A DNA stretch of 64,000 bases from Eledone cirrhosa (GCA_964016885.1 OZ024761.1:2480001-2544000); one strand, 5' to 3'; positions 25,920-38,793 are shown, numbered from the stretch's first letter. Notes: generated from the sequence alone by a model not told the origin. A program made the numbers and translations.

Positions 25920-28800
25920 ACCAAGGTAGACCTGGGCAGTGGTTGGGAGAGCTACTGACCTGGGTAGAGGTTTGGTGAGCTACAGATCTGGGTAGAGGTT
26001 GTGAGAGATACAGACCTAGGTAGAGGTTGTGAGAGATACAGACCTGGGTTGAGGTTTGGTGAGCTACAGACCTGGGTAGAGGTTGTGAGAGATACAGACC
26101 TGGGTAGTGGTTGTGAGAGATACAGACCTAGGTAGTGGTGGGGAGAGCTACAGACCTGGGTAGAGGTTGTGAGGGCTACAGACCTGGGTAGTGGTTGTGA
26201 GAGATACAGACCTGGGTTGAGGTTTGGTGAGCTACAGACCTGGGTAGAGGTTGTGAGAGCTACAGACCTGGGTAGTGGTTGTGAGAGATACAGACCTGGG
26301 TTGAGGTTTGGTGAGCTACAGACCTGGGTAGAGGTTGTGAGAGATACAGACCTGGGTAGTGGTTGTGGGAGATACAGACCTAGGTAGTGGTGGGGAGAGC
26401 TACAGACCTGGGTAGTGGTTGTGAGAGCTACAGACCTGGGTAGTGGTTGGGAGAGCTACTGACCTGGGTAGAGGTTGGAAGAGCTACAGACCTGGGTAGA
26501 GGTTGTGAGAGATACAGACCTGGGTAGAGGTTGTGAGAGATACAGACCTGGGTAGTGGTTGGAAGAGCTACAGACCTGGGTAGAGGTTGTGAGAGCTACA
26601 GACCTGGGTAGTGGTTGTGAGAGATACAGACCTAGGTAGAGGTTGTGAGAGCTACAGACCTGGGTAGTGGTTGGAAGAGCTACAGACCTGGGTAGAGGTT
26701 GTGAGAGCTACAGACCTGGGTAGTGGTTGTGAGAGCTACAGACCTGGGTAGTGGTTGTGAGAGCTACAGACCTGGGTAGTGGTTGTGAGAGCTACAGACC
26801 TGGGGAGAGCTACAGACCTGGGTAGTGGTTGGGAGAGCTACTGACCTGGGTAGAGGTTGGAAGAGCTACAGACCTGGGTAGAGGTTGTGAGAGCTACAGA
26901 CTTGGGGAGAGCTACAGACCTGGGTAGTGGTTGTGAGAGCTACAGACCTGGGTAGTGGTTGTGAGAGCTACAGACCTGGGTAGTGGTTGTGAGAGCTACA
27001 GACCTGGGTAGTGGTTGTGAGAGCTACAGACCTGGGTAGTGGTTGTGAGAGCTACAGACCTGGGTAGTGGTTGGGAGAGCTACTGACCTGGGTAGAGGTT
27101 GGAAGAGCTACAGACCTGGGTAGAGGTTGTGAGAGATACAGACCTGGGTAGTGGTTGTGAGAGATACAGACCTAGGTAGTGGTTGTGAGAGCTACAGACC
27201 TGGGTAGTGGTTGTGAGAGCTACAGACCTGGGTAGTGGTTGGGAGAGCTACTGACCTGGGTAGAGGTTGGAAGAGCTACAGACCTGGGTAGAGGTTGTGA
27301 GAGATACAGACCTGGGTAGTGGTTGTGAGAGATACAGACCTGGGTAGTGGTTGGAAGAGCTACAGACCTGGGTAGAGGTTGTGAGAGCTACAGACCTGGG
27401 TAGAGGTTGGCAGAGCTACAGACCTGGGTAGAGGTTGTGAGAGCTACAGACCTGGGTAGTGGTGGGGAGAGCTACAGACCTGGGTAGTGGTGGGGAGAGC
27501 TACAGACCTGGGTAGAGGTTGTGAGAGATACAGACCTGGGGAGAGCTACATACCTGGGTAGTGGTTGTGAGAGCTACATACCTGGGTAGAGGTTGTGAGA
27601 GATACAGACCTGGGTAGTGGTGGGGAGAGCTACAGACCTGGGTAGTGGTGGGGAGAGCTACAGACCTGGGTAGAGGTTGTGAGGGCTACAGACCTGGGGA
27701 GAGCTACATACCTGGGTAGAGGTTGTGAGAGATACAGACCTGGGTAGTGGTTGTGAGAGCTACAGACCTGGGTAGAGATTGTGAGGGCTACAGACCTGGG
27801 TAGAGATTGTGAGAGCTACAGACCTGGGGAGAGGTTGTGAGAGCTACAGACCTAGGTAGAGATTGTGAGAGCTACAGACCTGGGTAGAGATTGTGAGAGA
27901 TACAGACCTGGGGAGAGGTTGTGAGGGCTACAGACCTGGGTAGAGATTGTGAGAGCTACAGACCTAGGTAGAGATTGTGAGAGCTACAGACCTGGGTAGA
28001 GATTGTGAGAGATACAGACCTGGGGAGAGGTTGTGAGAGCTACAGACCTAGGTAGAGATTGTGAGAGCTACAGACCTGGGTAGAGATTGTGAGAGATACA
28101 GACCTGGGGAGAGGTTGTGAGGGCTACAGACCTGGGTAGAGATTGTGAGAGCTACAGACCTAGGTAGAGATTGTGAGAGCTACAGACCTGGGTAGAGATT
28201 GTGAGAGATACAGACCTGGGGAGAGGTTGTGAGGGCTACAGACCTGGGTAGAGGTTGTGAGGGCTACAGACCTGGGTAGAGGTTGGCAGAGCTACAGACC
28301 TGGGTAGAGATTGTGAGGGTTACAGACCTGGGTAGTGGTTGTGAGGGCTACAGACCTAGGTAGAGATTGTGAGGGCTACAGACCTGGGTAGAGGTTGGCA
28401 GAGCTACAGACCTGGGTTGAGGTTGTGAGGGCTACAGACCTGGGTAGAGGTTGGCAGAGCTACAGACCTGGGTAGAGGTTGTGAGGGCTACAGACCTGGG
28501 TAGAGGTTGGCAGAGCTACAGACCTGGGTAGAGGTTGTGAGGGCTACAGACCTGGGTAGAGATTGGCAGAGCTACAGACCTGGGTAGAGGTTGGCAGAGC
28601 TACAGACCTGGGTAGAGGTTGTGAGGGCTACAGACCTGGGTAGAGGTTGGCAGAGCTACAGACCTGGGTAGAGGTTGTGAGAGCTACAGACCTGGGTAGA
28701 GGTTGTGAGAGCTACAGACCTGGGTAGAGGTTGTGAGGGCTACAGACCTGGGTAGTGGTTGTGAGAGCTACAGACCTCGGTTGAGGTTGTGAGAGCTATA
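25920..28800. repeat. 28-bp satellite, about 100 units, with local higher-order structure
   Basis: Consensus gagctacagacctgggtag(a/t)ggttgtga; 84-bp trimer periodicity visible near 26169-26387. Confidence 0.95.
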
Positions 28801-30690
28801 CTTTTGTTCGTGGAAACGTTCTCTGGCAATGAACGAAAAGAACGAAGATAATACGTCATATGTGGAGCGAGGAGAACAATTGCACGCAAGGACATAAACA
28901 CGTAAAAGGTATAACTGCAGTCATAGACTAAAATTCTATTTAGCAAACCAAATGAAACTCGGCTTCATAGTTAAGAGTAAAGTAAATAAAATACAGAGGT
29001 AATTGAAATTAAATATATACATACACGCATCCATATACGTACATACACAAGCATACGCGAAAACACTCGCCATAGGTATGCAAATACAATCACGTACACA
29101 AAAAAACACGCACGCACATACAGAACCCATGCAACGCCTGTACCCACACACATACAAACGTATACACCAAATACACATAAAAATATATATAAAAAAAAAT
29201 ATATATATGTGTGTGCGTGTATACATATAATTAAATAAACGTATATAAATATACACTCTTAAATATGTATATAACGCGCGCACACACATACCTACATGTA
29301 AATACACATGTTCGCAGACATACGTCAACCAAAACACAAAGTACACATATACACACACACCCTACATACGTACAAACCCGCATACTCACACAGACGCAAA
29401 ACTCAGGTATACACATAACCAAATGCACATGTACCAGTATATATAATATATACGCCATAACATATACAAGCAAATATACATACCTCCACAAAACATACAG
29501 GTAATATATACTTACCTATACAAATAAGTAATAGTATAAACATAACATATACTTAGCTACCACATCAAGACGTAAAATATCCGCGTATAGTTCGTACTAT
29601 CCGCTAGGGTATATTGTAGGGCTGTAATACAGGAAAGTTTTGTGCAATTTATGTTTACAAGCTGAAATTGCCTCAGATTTTTTGTTTAAGATGTGGTCTT
29701 TGGCGTAGAGTATTTCCAGGGCCTCAGCGCGCAGAGGTCACATGGTCTTTTATTTCTGTTATACGATCTAGCTTTAGCTAAGATTTCCCAGTGTAACTTA
29801 TATTGGGTGTGGTTGTCTTTTAGACTCCAGATATAAGCTGAAAGTGACGTCATATTCCTTCTTAAAGGGTTAAGAAAAGAATGGGTATGCATGTAAAGAC
29901 GCTGCTTGAATCTATTGGTGATTAACCCTATGTAGGCCCTACTAGACGTGGGTGTTTCAACCTTACATTTGTAGACAATGTTACTAGAGAGGCATTTCCC
30001 GGATAGCGGCAGTCAACCCGATTCCTACAATTACAGTTAGTACTAGCTACAAGGTTGCATGTGTTCCTACGGCTGGGTAATTTAGCTAAATTTGAAGCTG
30101 TGATGAAGGTTGGGAGTCGTAGAGTAAGAAATTTTAATGGTATTTCTATTAAAAATGTTACTATATTTATGTGCTGGATGCGTGTATGTATATATTTAAT
30201 TTCAATTACCTCTGTATTTTATTTACTTTATTCTTAACTGTGAAGCCGAGAATCATTCGGTTTCCTAAATAGAATTTTAGTCTACGAGTTCAAACGTGGT
30301 TTTGTCTTTGCGTGTAATTGTTCTCACTGTTCCACATAATGACGTATTATCTTTGTTTTTTTCGTTCATTGCCAGAGAACGTCTCCATGAACCACCTAAT
30401 AGAATATTAGTCTACAACTTCATTTATACCATAAACGTGGTTTTGTCTTTGCGTGTAATTGTTTTCACCGCACCAAATAACGACGTATTATCTTCGTTTT
30501 TTTTCCGTTCTTTGCCAGGGAACGTTTCCACGAACCAAAGTATCGTCTTCCTGTCTTCCTTCGGTTGCAACGTTTTTTGAAATATTTACTTCTGCGTTCA
30601 CAGATTGACTTTTTTAGTTTCAGAAGATCCCGTTAAGGGTGAAAGCAGCGATTCTTTGCTTAAACTTTAATCTGTTATTTTAATAAATAT
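28800..30690 (-). mobile_element. 5'-truncated Penelope-like element: GIY-YIG C-terminus (29597-30035) flanked by inverted pLTRs
   Basis: Minus-strand translation CNCRNRVDC..GKC..NIVYKC...AYIGL...FKQRLYMH...TSLSAYIWSLKD...WEILAKARSY...CDLC...LNKKSEAISACKH, with frameshifts. Arms at 28800-29050 and 30165-30688. Confidence 0.85.
30616..30666 (+). ncRNA. Hammerhead-like ribozyme with variant core CAGAAGA
   Basis: agttt-CAGAAGA-t-ccc(gttaa)ggg-t-GAAA-gca(gcgattctt)tgc-T-T-aaact. All three stems pair. Confidence 0.7.
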
Positions 30691-30700
30691 GTATATGTAT

Positions 30701-30888
30701 ATAGGAAAAAGTATGACCCCGACGGCAGAGCTCAAGCCGTTTCTACGGCTATTTCCAGAAATAGCCGTCGAAACGGCTTGAGCTCTGCCGTCGGGGTCAT
30801 CCTTTTTCCTATTACCCACTCTACTACCCTAAGTATTGAGTACTCTGGTGCGTTATGGTCCATCTGGTTCCTTACCACAATTCCTTCG

Positions 30889-30890
<2 letters not shown>
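30701..30890. mobile_element. Fold-back mini-PLE (55-bp arms + tail) in (TA)n
   Basis: Arms 30701-30755 and 30758-30812. Same family as the ends of 48233-49970 and the fragment at ~33347-33410. Confidence 0.8.
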
Positions 30891-30931
<41 letters not shown>

Positions 30932-30936
<5 letters not shown>

Positions 30937-32114
30937 CGTTTCTGAATTTGTTTAGCAAGATTCTTTATCTGAAAACGTGTGTTGAAACCGATATTGTTAT
31001 ACTTTGGGAGGGTCATGTTGCCAATAAGAAACACACGCACCAGTTGCTTCCACTTCAATTTATTATAATAAATTTATAAATTTAGGAATTTATAAATTTC
31101 CGGTTGGTTGGTTCCACAACCAGATGGTTGTTTATATATTGTCAAAGTTATTTCGTCACACATTCTGTGACCTCTTCAGTGACTGGGGGGTTCTTTTCTT
31201 TGTTTTTTGTGCCTCTCCTTTGTTCTGTCCTACGCCATCTTGTTTTTGTGTGTGTGTTGTGTGCTCAGTTTGCGCATGTGTTACATCCGGGTGACTGTGT
31301 GTGTTTATATTCGTTTATTTATTTGTTTATTTACATGTTACTGGTTGGTTGTTTGTTCTATGTGCGTGTGTGCTTTCATTTTGTCCTTAATTGTAAGTTG
31401 TGATGTTGCTGTTCCACTCATGTTTTCTATTTAATTTTGGTTGTAATTCATTTATGTTTATTGCCTCTGTGATTTGTCTAAACATTGCATCTTTTCTGTG
31501 TGTAGATTCTATTTTTATTTCTATGTTCTCTAATTTACCCTTATGTTCTATTTTAGTATGTTAGTAAAGAATCATCTGTACTCTACCATCTTGAAGGTCT
31601 CGTCAGTGTTCATTTATCCGTTCCCCTATACTACGAGCTGTCTCACTATATTTTTATCTCTACATTGTCCTTCAGTACATCTTATGCTATATACTACATT
31701 TCTAGTTTTACAGTTAATATGGGGGTTTAATTTACAGATTATACATTTCTTATCTATACAGGGAGGTCTTTGAAAAGGGTATGTCTTGCTAATAAGTGTT
31801 TTTATGGAGGTACCTGGTCTTTCTACTATCTTAATATTGAGTTTATGTTTATCTAGGGCCCTTCTAAATTTGTAAGCTAATTCACCTCTAGGGGTTGTAT
31901 CGATGAACATTACACTCTGATATTTATTGCTATCATACCATGAGTTTATTCTATTAGACTTATTCCTAGTTCTGTCTATTCTATTCCAAAATTTGCTCCA
32001 ACCAACCGGAAATTTATAAATTCCTAAATTTATAAATTTATTATAATAAATTGAAGTGAAAGCAACTGGTGCGTGTGTTTCTTATTGGCAACATGACCCT
32101 CCCAAAGTATAACA

Positions 32115-32117
<3 letters not shown>
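30932..32117 (-). mobile_element. 5'-truncated Penelope-like element (Naiad-like GIY-YIG) with inverted pLTR end; HHR at 31141-31183
   Basis: ORF 31626-31910 ([11 protein letters not shown]...CIDKKCIIC...C...VVYSIRC). Inverted arms 30990-31112 and 31998-32117. Minus strand gtca-CTGAAGA-g-gtcaca/tgtgac-GAAA-taac-T-T-tgac. Confidence 0.85.
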
Positions 32118-32193
<76 letters not shown>

Positions 32194-32432
32194 AACATCC
32201 CCTCCCACACACACACATATATATATATACATATATTAATATAAACACACGCACGCACACACACACATGCACACACACACATATATTGATGATGATGTTG
32301 ATTGTGATGGTGATGGCAATGGTGATGGTGATGGTGATTATGGTGGTGGTGAGATGATGGTGGTGATGGTGATGATTAATCTCTGAGATTTCACTTTATG
32401 CTGTAACAGTCTTACATTTTCAAACATTCCAT

Positions 32433-33060
32433 ATGGTGGTGGTGTTGGTGTTGGTGGTGGTCAGGGGGGTTTGTGGTGAGGGTGGTGGTGGTGGTGGTGG
32501 TGATGATTGTGGTGCTGGTAGGGGTGGTAGTGGTGGTGAGTGTGGTGGCGGTGGTAGTAGAGGTGGTGGTGGTGGTGGTGGTGGCGATGATGGTGGAGGT
32601 GAAGTTGGTGGTGGTGCTGGTAGTGGTGGTAGTGGTGATGGTGGAGGTTGTAGCGGTGGTGGTGGTGGTGTTATTGGTGGTGATGGTTGTAGTGGTGGTG
32701 GTGGTGGTGGTGGTGGTGGTGGTGGTGGTTGTAGTGGTGGTGGTAGTGGTGGTGGCGGTGGTGGCGGTGGTGGTGGTATTGGTGGTGGTGGTGTGGTGAT
32801 GGTGAAGGTGGTGCTGGTAGTGGAGGTGAAGTTGGTGGTGGTGCTGGTAGTGGTGGTAGTGGTGATGGTGGAGGTTGTAGCGGTGGTGGTGGTGGTGTTA
32901 TTGGTGGTGATGGTTGTAGTGGTGGTGGTGGTGGTGGTGGTGGTGGTGGTGGTGGTTGTAGTGGTGGTGGTAGTGGCGGTGGTGGCGGTGGTGGTGGTAT
33001 TGGTGGTGGTGGTGTGGTGATGGTGAAGGTGGTGCTAGTAGTGGTGGTGGTGGTAGTGGA
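32433..33060. repeat. (GGT)n-rich array with an internal ~220-bp duplication
   Basis: 32595-32815 is repeated at ~32820-33035. Confidence 0.85.
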
Positions 33061-33436
33061 AGTGGAAGAGGTGAAAAGTGGGTTGATGTGGAGTGAGGAA
33101 GGGGTCTGTCATAGATATATAACACACACCTCCCATCCTGGAGCGTCAAAACAGAGAGACAAGACAAAAGATTGTAGAAGGTCAAACTAGTTCTTTAACA
33201 GATGTCACACACACATACACATGTTTATGTATGTGTATAGGTATATATATATATATATATATATAAATGAGAGGTATAGAGATTGTTTATATATGTATGT
33301 ACATGTATATGTATATATATGTATATAAATATATATATATGTATATATAGAAAAGAGTATGACCCCGACGGCAGAGCTCAAGCCGTTTCAACGGCTATTT
33401 CTGGACTATAAATATATATATATATATATATAAATA

Positions 33437-33497
<61 letters not shown>

Positions 33498-33880
33498 GTA
33501 TATATATATGTATATATGTATATATATATATATGTATGTATATAAGTATATATATATATGTATATATATGTATATATATGTGTATATATATATATAATTA
33601 TTATATATGTATATATATGTATATGTATATATAGATATGTATATATATGTATATATTTAGATAAGTATATATATGTATATATATGTATATATATATATAT
33701 GTATATATAATATGTATATATATATATATATATGTATATATATGTATATATATATATGTGTATATATGTATATGTATGTACATATATGTATATGTATGTA
33801 TATATATGTATATGTATATATATATATATGTATATGTATATATATATATATGTATATGTATATATATATATGTATATATG

Positions 33881-33916
<36 letters not shown>

Positions 33917-33969
33917 ATGTATATATATGTATATATATATGTATATATATGTATATGTATATATGTATA

Positions 33970-34038
<69 letters not shown>

Positions 34039-34084
34039 ATATATATATATATGTATATATGTATATATATATATAGATATGTAT

Positions 34085-34115
<31 letters not shown>

Positions 34116-34156
34116 CATGTATATATATATATACATGTATATATATATATATATAT

Positions 34157-34243
<87 letters not shown>

Positions 34244-34267
34244 TATACATGTATATATATATATACA

Positions 34268-34300
<33 letters not shown>

Positions 34301-34326
34301 ATATATATAGATATGTATATATATAA

Positions 34327-34355
<29 letters not shown>

Positions 34356-34361
<6 letters not shown>

Positions 34362-34760
34362 ATAATATAAAACGAAAAATCAGTGATGCATCTGAACTAA
34401 ATTTATTGTGTTACAATTGTTTCCCCGGTGGACAGCTCGAGACGCGATCATTGTGTGGATCTGTCTGATTCTGAACCCACAGGTTCGACGGACACGTCTA
34501 ATGATTTCGGAGCAAATTCTTTCACTGAATTTGCTCCGAAATCATTAGACGTGTCCGTCGAACCTGTGGGTTCAGAATCAGACAGATCCACACAATGATC
34601 GCGTCTCGAGCTGTCCACCGGGGAAACAATTGTAACACAATAAATTGAGTTCAGATGCATCACTGATTTTTCGTTTTATATTATATCATACTCTGCGCTG
34701 TAAGAGCATAGAGTGCTCAACCAGCATACCGTCTATGGAAGCATCTTAGCTACCATCAGA
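34356..34760. mobile_element. Fold-back mini-element: 164-bp arms, 7-nt loop, ~70-nt tail
   Basis: Arms 34356-34519 and 34527-34690, one mismatch seen; flanked by (TA)n and (CA)n. Confidence 0.85.
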
Positions 34761-34791
34761 CACACACATATATATATATATATATAGATAG

Positions 34792-34827
<36 letters not shown>

Positions 34828-35389
34828 ATAAATATATATATATGTGTGTGTATAAATGTGTATAATATATATTCTTTTAGTCTTTTACTGGTTTTAATCA
34901 TAAGACTGTGGCCATGTTGGAGCACTGCCATAAACTCTGTCATATTGACCCAGTTATCATCAACAGCATCATTATCATTATGTCAGATGAAGTCAGTACT
35001 CAATCTGGGCTACTGATCTCTCTGACCGGCTGGTGGTGGTGGGAGGCTCTCTCATTTTTTAGTGCCGTACCAACACTAGAGAAACTACTGGTCATTGACT
35101 CAACTGAAGAGCCCTCACTACCTAGAACTTATCATTTTCAAGTCTGGTACTTATTTTATCTCTTTTTGACAAACCGCTTGGTTACAGGGCATAAACACTA
35201 CAGATGCTGACTCACAGACACGTATTATCTCCCTTGCTTCTCATTACAAGAAGATAGTGACAGTTCTTTAACCCTTTAGCTACCAACCCAGCCAAAACCA
35301 GCTTTGCTTCTATGAAATAAAACAACACATTTTAAAGATTTCCAATTTAAATTTAAATCTTCCAACATAATTTTATACATGAACCCTAT

Positions 35390-36162
35390 ATGGCAGTGGA
35401 GACTTCTGGTGTCCTTGGCCCTAGGGCTACCTCCCTACTCACCACCATAGGTACAGACCTGGCTACCTGTAGCAGTGGAGACTTCTGGTGTCCTTGGCCC
35501 TAGGGCTACCTCCCTACTTACCACCATAGGTACAGACATGGCTACCTGTAGCAGTAGAGACTTCTGGTGTCCTCGGCCCTAAGGTTACCCCCCTACTCAC
35601 CACCATAGGTACAGACATGGCTACCTGTAGCAGTAGAGACTTCTGGTGTCCTCGGCCCTAGGGCTACCTCCCTACTCACCACCATAGGTACAGACCTGGC
35701 TACCTGTAGCAGTAGAGACTTCTGGTGTCCTCGGCCCTAGGGCTACCTCCCTACTTACCACCATAGGTACAGACCTGGCTACCTGTAGCAGTAGAGACTT
35801 CTGGTGTCCTCGGCCCTAGGGCTACCTCCCTACTTACCACCATAGGTACAGACATGGCTACCTGTAGCAGTAGAGACTTCTGCTGTCCTCGGCCCTAGGG
35901 CTACCTCCCTACTCACCACCATAGGTACAGACCTGGCTACCTGTAGCAGTAGAGACTTCTGGTGTCCTCAGCCCTAGGGCTACCTCCCTACTCACCACCA
36001 TAGGTACAGACCTGGCTACCTGTAGCAGTAGAGACTTCTGGTGTCCTCAGCCCTAGGGCTACCTCCCTACTCACCACCATAGGTACAGACCTGGCTACCT
36101 GTAGCAGTAGAGACTTCTGGTGTCCTCAGCCCTAGGGCTACCTCCCTACTTACCACCATAGG
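35390..36162 (+). repeat. 79-bp minisatellite (about 10 units) derived from CRE-type retrotransposon coding sequence
   Basis: Period 79 (35469, 35548, 35627...); each unit translates PVAVETSGVLGPRATSLLTTIG. Confidence 0.85.
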
Positions 36163-36360
36163 CGCTGAGCTGGCCAACCACAGGTGTGAGCCTCGCGAGT
36201 TGGAATAGCTCTTCCAGTGCATCTCCCTTACCATCCTCCGGGGAAACGCCTTCTCCATCCTGTCTGCCGGGGCTGTGGGGAGGCCAGCACGTGGACCCCA
36301 TTTGCTCACCATACGGATTAATAGGCAAAGTTACAAACTATTGTAAATAAACCTATTTAA
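36098..36360 (+). mobile_element. 3' end of a CRE-like (RLE-type) non-LTR retrotransposon
   Basis: PVAVETSGVLSPRATSLLTTIGAELANHRCEPRELE*LFQCISLTILRGNAFSIL, then AATAAA and an A-rich end. Confidence 0.7.
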
Positions 36361-36389
36361 ATTTAAAAAAAAAGTTACTAATGAAATAA

Positions 36390-36855
36390 TTAATTGTTTC
36401 TACGTTAGGCACAAGGCCAGCAATTACCCAGTGCATTACTGGTACTTTATTTTATCGACCCCGTAAGGATGAAAGGCAAAGTTAACCTCGGCGGGATTTG
36501 AACTCAGAATGGCAAGGGCCTTAACTCTATACGTCAAAACATGGCGTCCGACCCTCTCCCAATACTGCCAATCCACTGCCCTAATGAAATACTAATGAAA
36601 TAATTAATGATTTTAGTAAATCCATCAAAATTCTTCATTAATTAAGGCAGAGTATTTCATTAGAAATACTTGTTTCTACTTTAGGCACAAGGCCAGCAAT
36701 TACCCAGTGCATTACTGGTACTTTATTTTATCGACCCCGTAAGGATGAAAGGCAAAGTCAACCTCGGGGGGATTTGAACTCAGATCGTAAAGGGACGTAA
36801 CTATGCTTGAAAGCATGGCGTCCGACCCTCTACCGATACTGCCAATCCACCGCCC
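36390..36855 (-). mobile_element. Two tandem OR-like SINE copies (36390-36582, 36670-36855)
   Basis: Both match the 16612 family; B-box-like gagttcaaatcc on the minus strand. Confidence 0.8.
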
Positions 36856-37637
36856 TTTAACTCTTCCATGTCAGTATTTCATTAGAAATACTGACATGGA
36901 AGAGTTAAAGTATTCTTCTTTCCCCCCTCACCTCAGAAGTTAAACATTTAAATATATTGGAAACAATAAGTAGAGACATTTCCAGTTTCATATGTTACCT
37001 CTACAGTCATCAGTGGTGGATAAGATGTGTATGTGAGTGTGTGTCTGTGTGTGTGTTATATCTGTGTCTGTGTGTATGTGTATTATATGTGTGTATGTGT
37101 GTGTGTGTCTGTGTGTAGCAATACATTGTTTATAAATGTGTATGTATGTGTGTGCTTATGTGGGTGTGCAGGTGTTTATTTGTGTGTGTATATGTATATA
37201 TATGTGTGTGTGTGTCTGTGTGTGTGTGTGTGTGTCTGTCTTGTTAAAAGAGAGAGAGTGTGTGTGAGAGAGAGAGAGTGTGTGTGAGAGAGAGAGAGAG
37301 AGAGAGTGTGTGTGAGAGAGAGTGTGTGTGTGAGAGAGTGTGTGTGTGTGTGAGAGAGAGAGTGTGTGAGAGAGTATGTGTGTGTGAGAGAGAGTGTGTG
37401 AGCGAGAGTGTGTGAGAGAGAGAGAGTGTGAGAGAGAGTATGTGAGAGAGAGAGTGTGTGAGAGAGAGAGAGTGTGTGAGAGAGAGAGAGTGTGTGTGAG
37501 AGAGAGAGTGTGTGAGAGAGAGAGTGTGAGAGAGAGAGTGTGAGAGAGAGAGAGTGTGTGAGAGAGAGAGTGTGTGAGAGAGAGAGAGTGTGTGAGAGAG
37601 AGAGAGAGAGAGAGAGTGTGTGTGTGTGAGAGAGAGT

Positions 37638-37670
<33 letters not shown>

Positions 37671-38004
37671 TGTGTGTGAGAGAGAAAGTGTGTGTGTGAG
37701 GGAGAGAGAGAGAGAGTGTGTGTGAGAGAGAGAGAGAGAGTTGTCAGTAGTCAGTGATATGTTTGTCATCCCAGTCCGTCATATGTCAGTCTCTGTCTCC
37801 CTGTCAGTCTCTCTCTCTCTGTCAGTCTCTCTCTCTCTGTCAGTCTCTGTCTCCCTGTCAGTCTCTCTCTCTCTGTCTCCGTCTGTCTTTCCTCCCACTC
37901 CTTCTTTCTTCCATACTAACCCTCTATCTTTCTACCTCTCCCCCTTTCTCTCTTCCCCTCTCTAGAAGTAAATATAACCAAGAAAGTTGTTGTAGTTGTT
38001 GCAA

Positions 38005-38041
<37 letters not shown>

Positions 38042-38793
38042 TGTTGTTGTTGTATTAGTAGTAGTAGTTGTAGTAGTAGTTGTAGTAGTATTAGTAGTAG
38101 TTGTAGTAGTAGTGGTAGTATTAGTTGTAGTAGTTGTAGTAGTAGTGGTAGTAATAGTTGTAGTAGTAGTAGTAATTGTTGTAGTAGTAGTAGTAGTAGT
38201 ATTAGTAGTAGTTGTAGTAGTAGTGGTAGTAGTAGTTGTAGTAGTAGTGGTAGTATTAGTTGTAGTAGTAGTATTAGTATTAGTAGTAGTTGTAGTAGTA
38301 GTGGTAGTGGTAGTTGTAGTAGTAGTGGTAGTATTAGTTGTAGTAGTAGTATTAGTATTAGTAGTAGTTGTAGTAGTAGTGGTAATAGTAGTTGTAGTAG
38401 TAGTGGTAGTATTAGTTGTAGTAGTAGTAGTAGACGTAGTTGTGTCCTAGAAAGAATCTGACTGGCAGCAGACTCCATTCTTTGAAAGACAACAAACGAC
38501 ATCAGAAGATTTTATTTGGATTTTTGGAGGAGAAAACAAACAAAAAAAAGGGGGGCAGAGAGACGTAGAAAGACTGGGACAGGGGGAGAAAGAAAGGGAG
38601 CCACTACGAAAACCCTTTTAATTTTAATAACTTTTTCTTCTTTAGAAAAAAAACCTATTTTTGAAAGGATAAAAAATATATTAAGAGCACAACAAAAACA
38701 AAGAAAAAGACAGAAAGAAGGAAAACTGAAGATTTACGAAAACGAAACAAAATCCTTAAATTCTTAATACCCCCGCCACCACCCTGTGAGAGA

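Noticed and set aside
25920-28800. 28-bp repeat as a CRISPR array
   Set aside because: Units are directly adjacent with no unique spacers, there are no cas genes, and the context is eukaryotic.
32433-33020. Gly-rich protein ORF
   Set aside because: (GGT)n low-complexity array with no splice or homology support.
35450-35465. TACAGACCTGG shared by the 79-bp and 28-bp satellites
   Set aside because: An 11-bp match without further alignable sequence is too weak to claim common origin.
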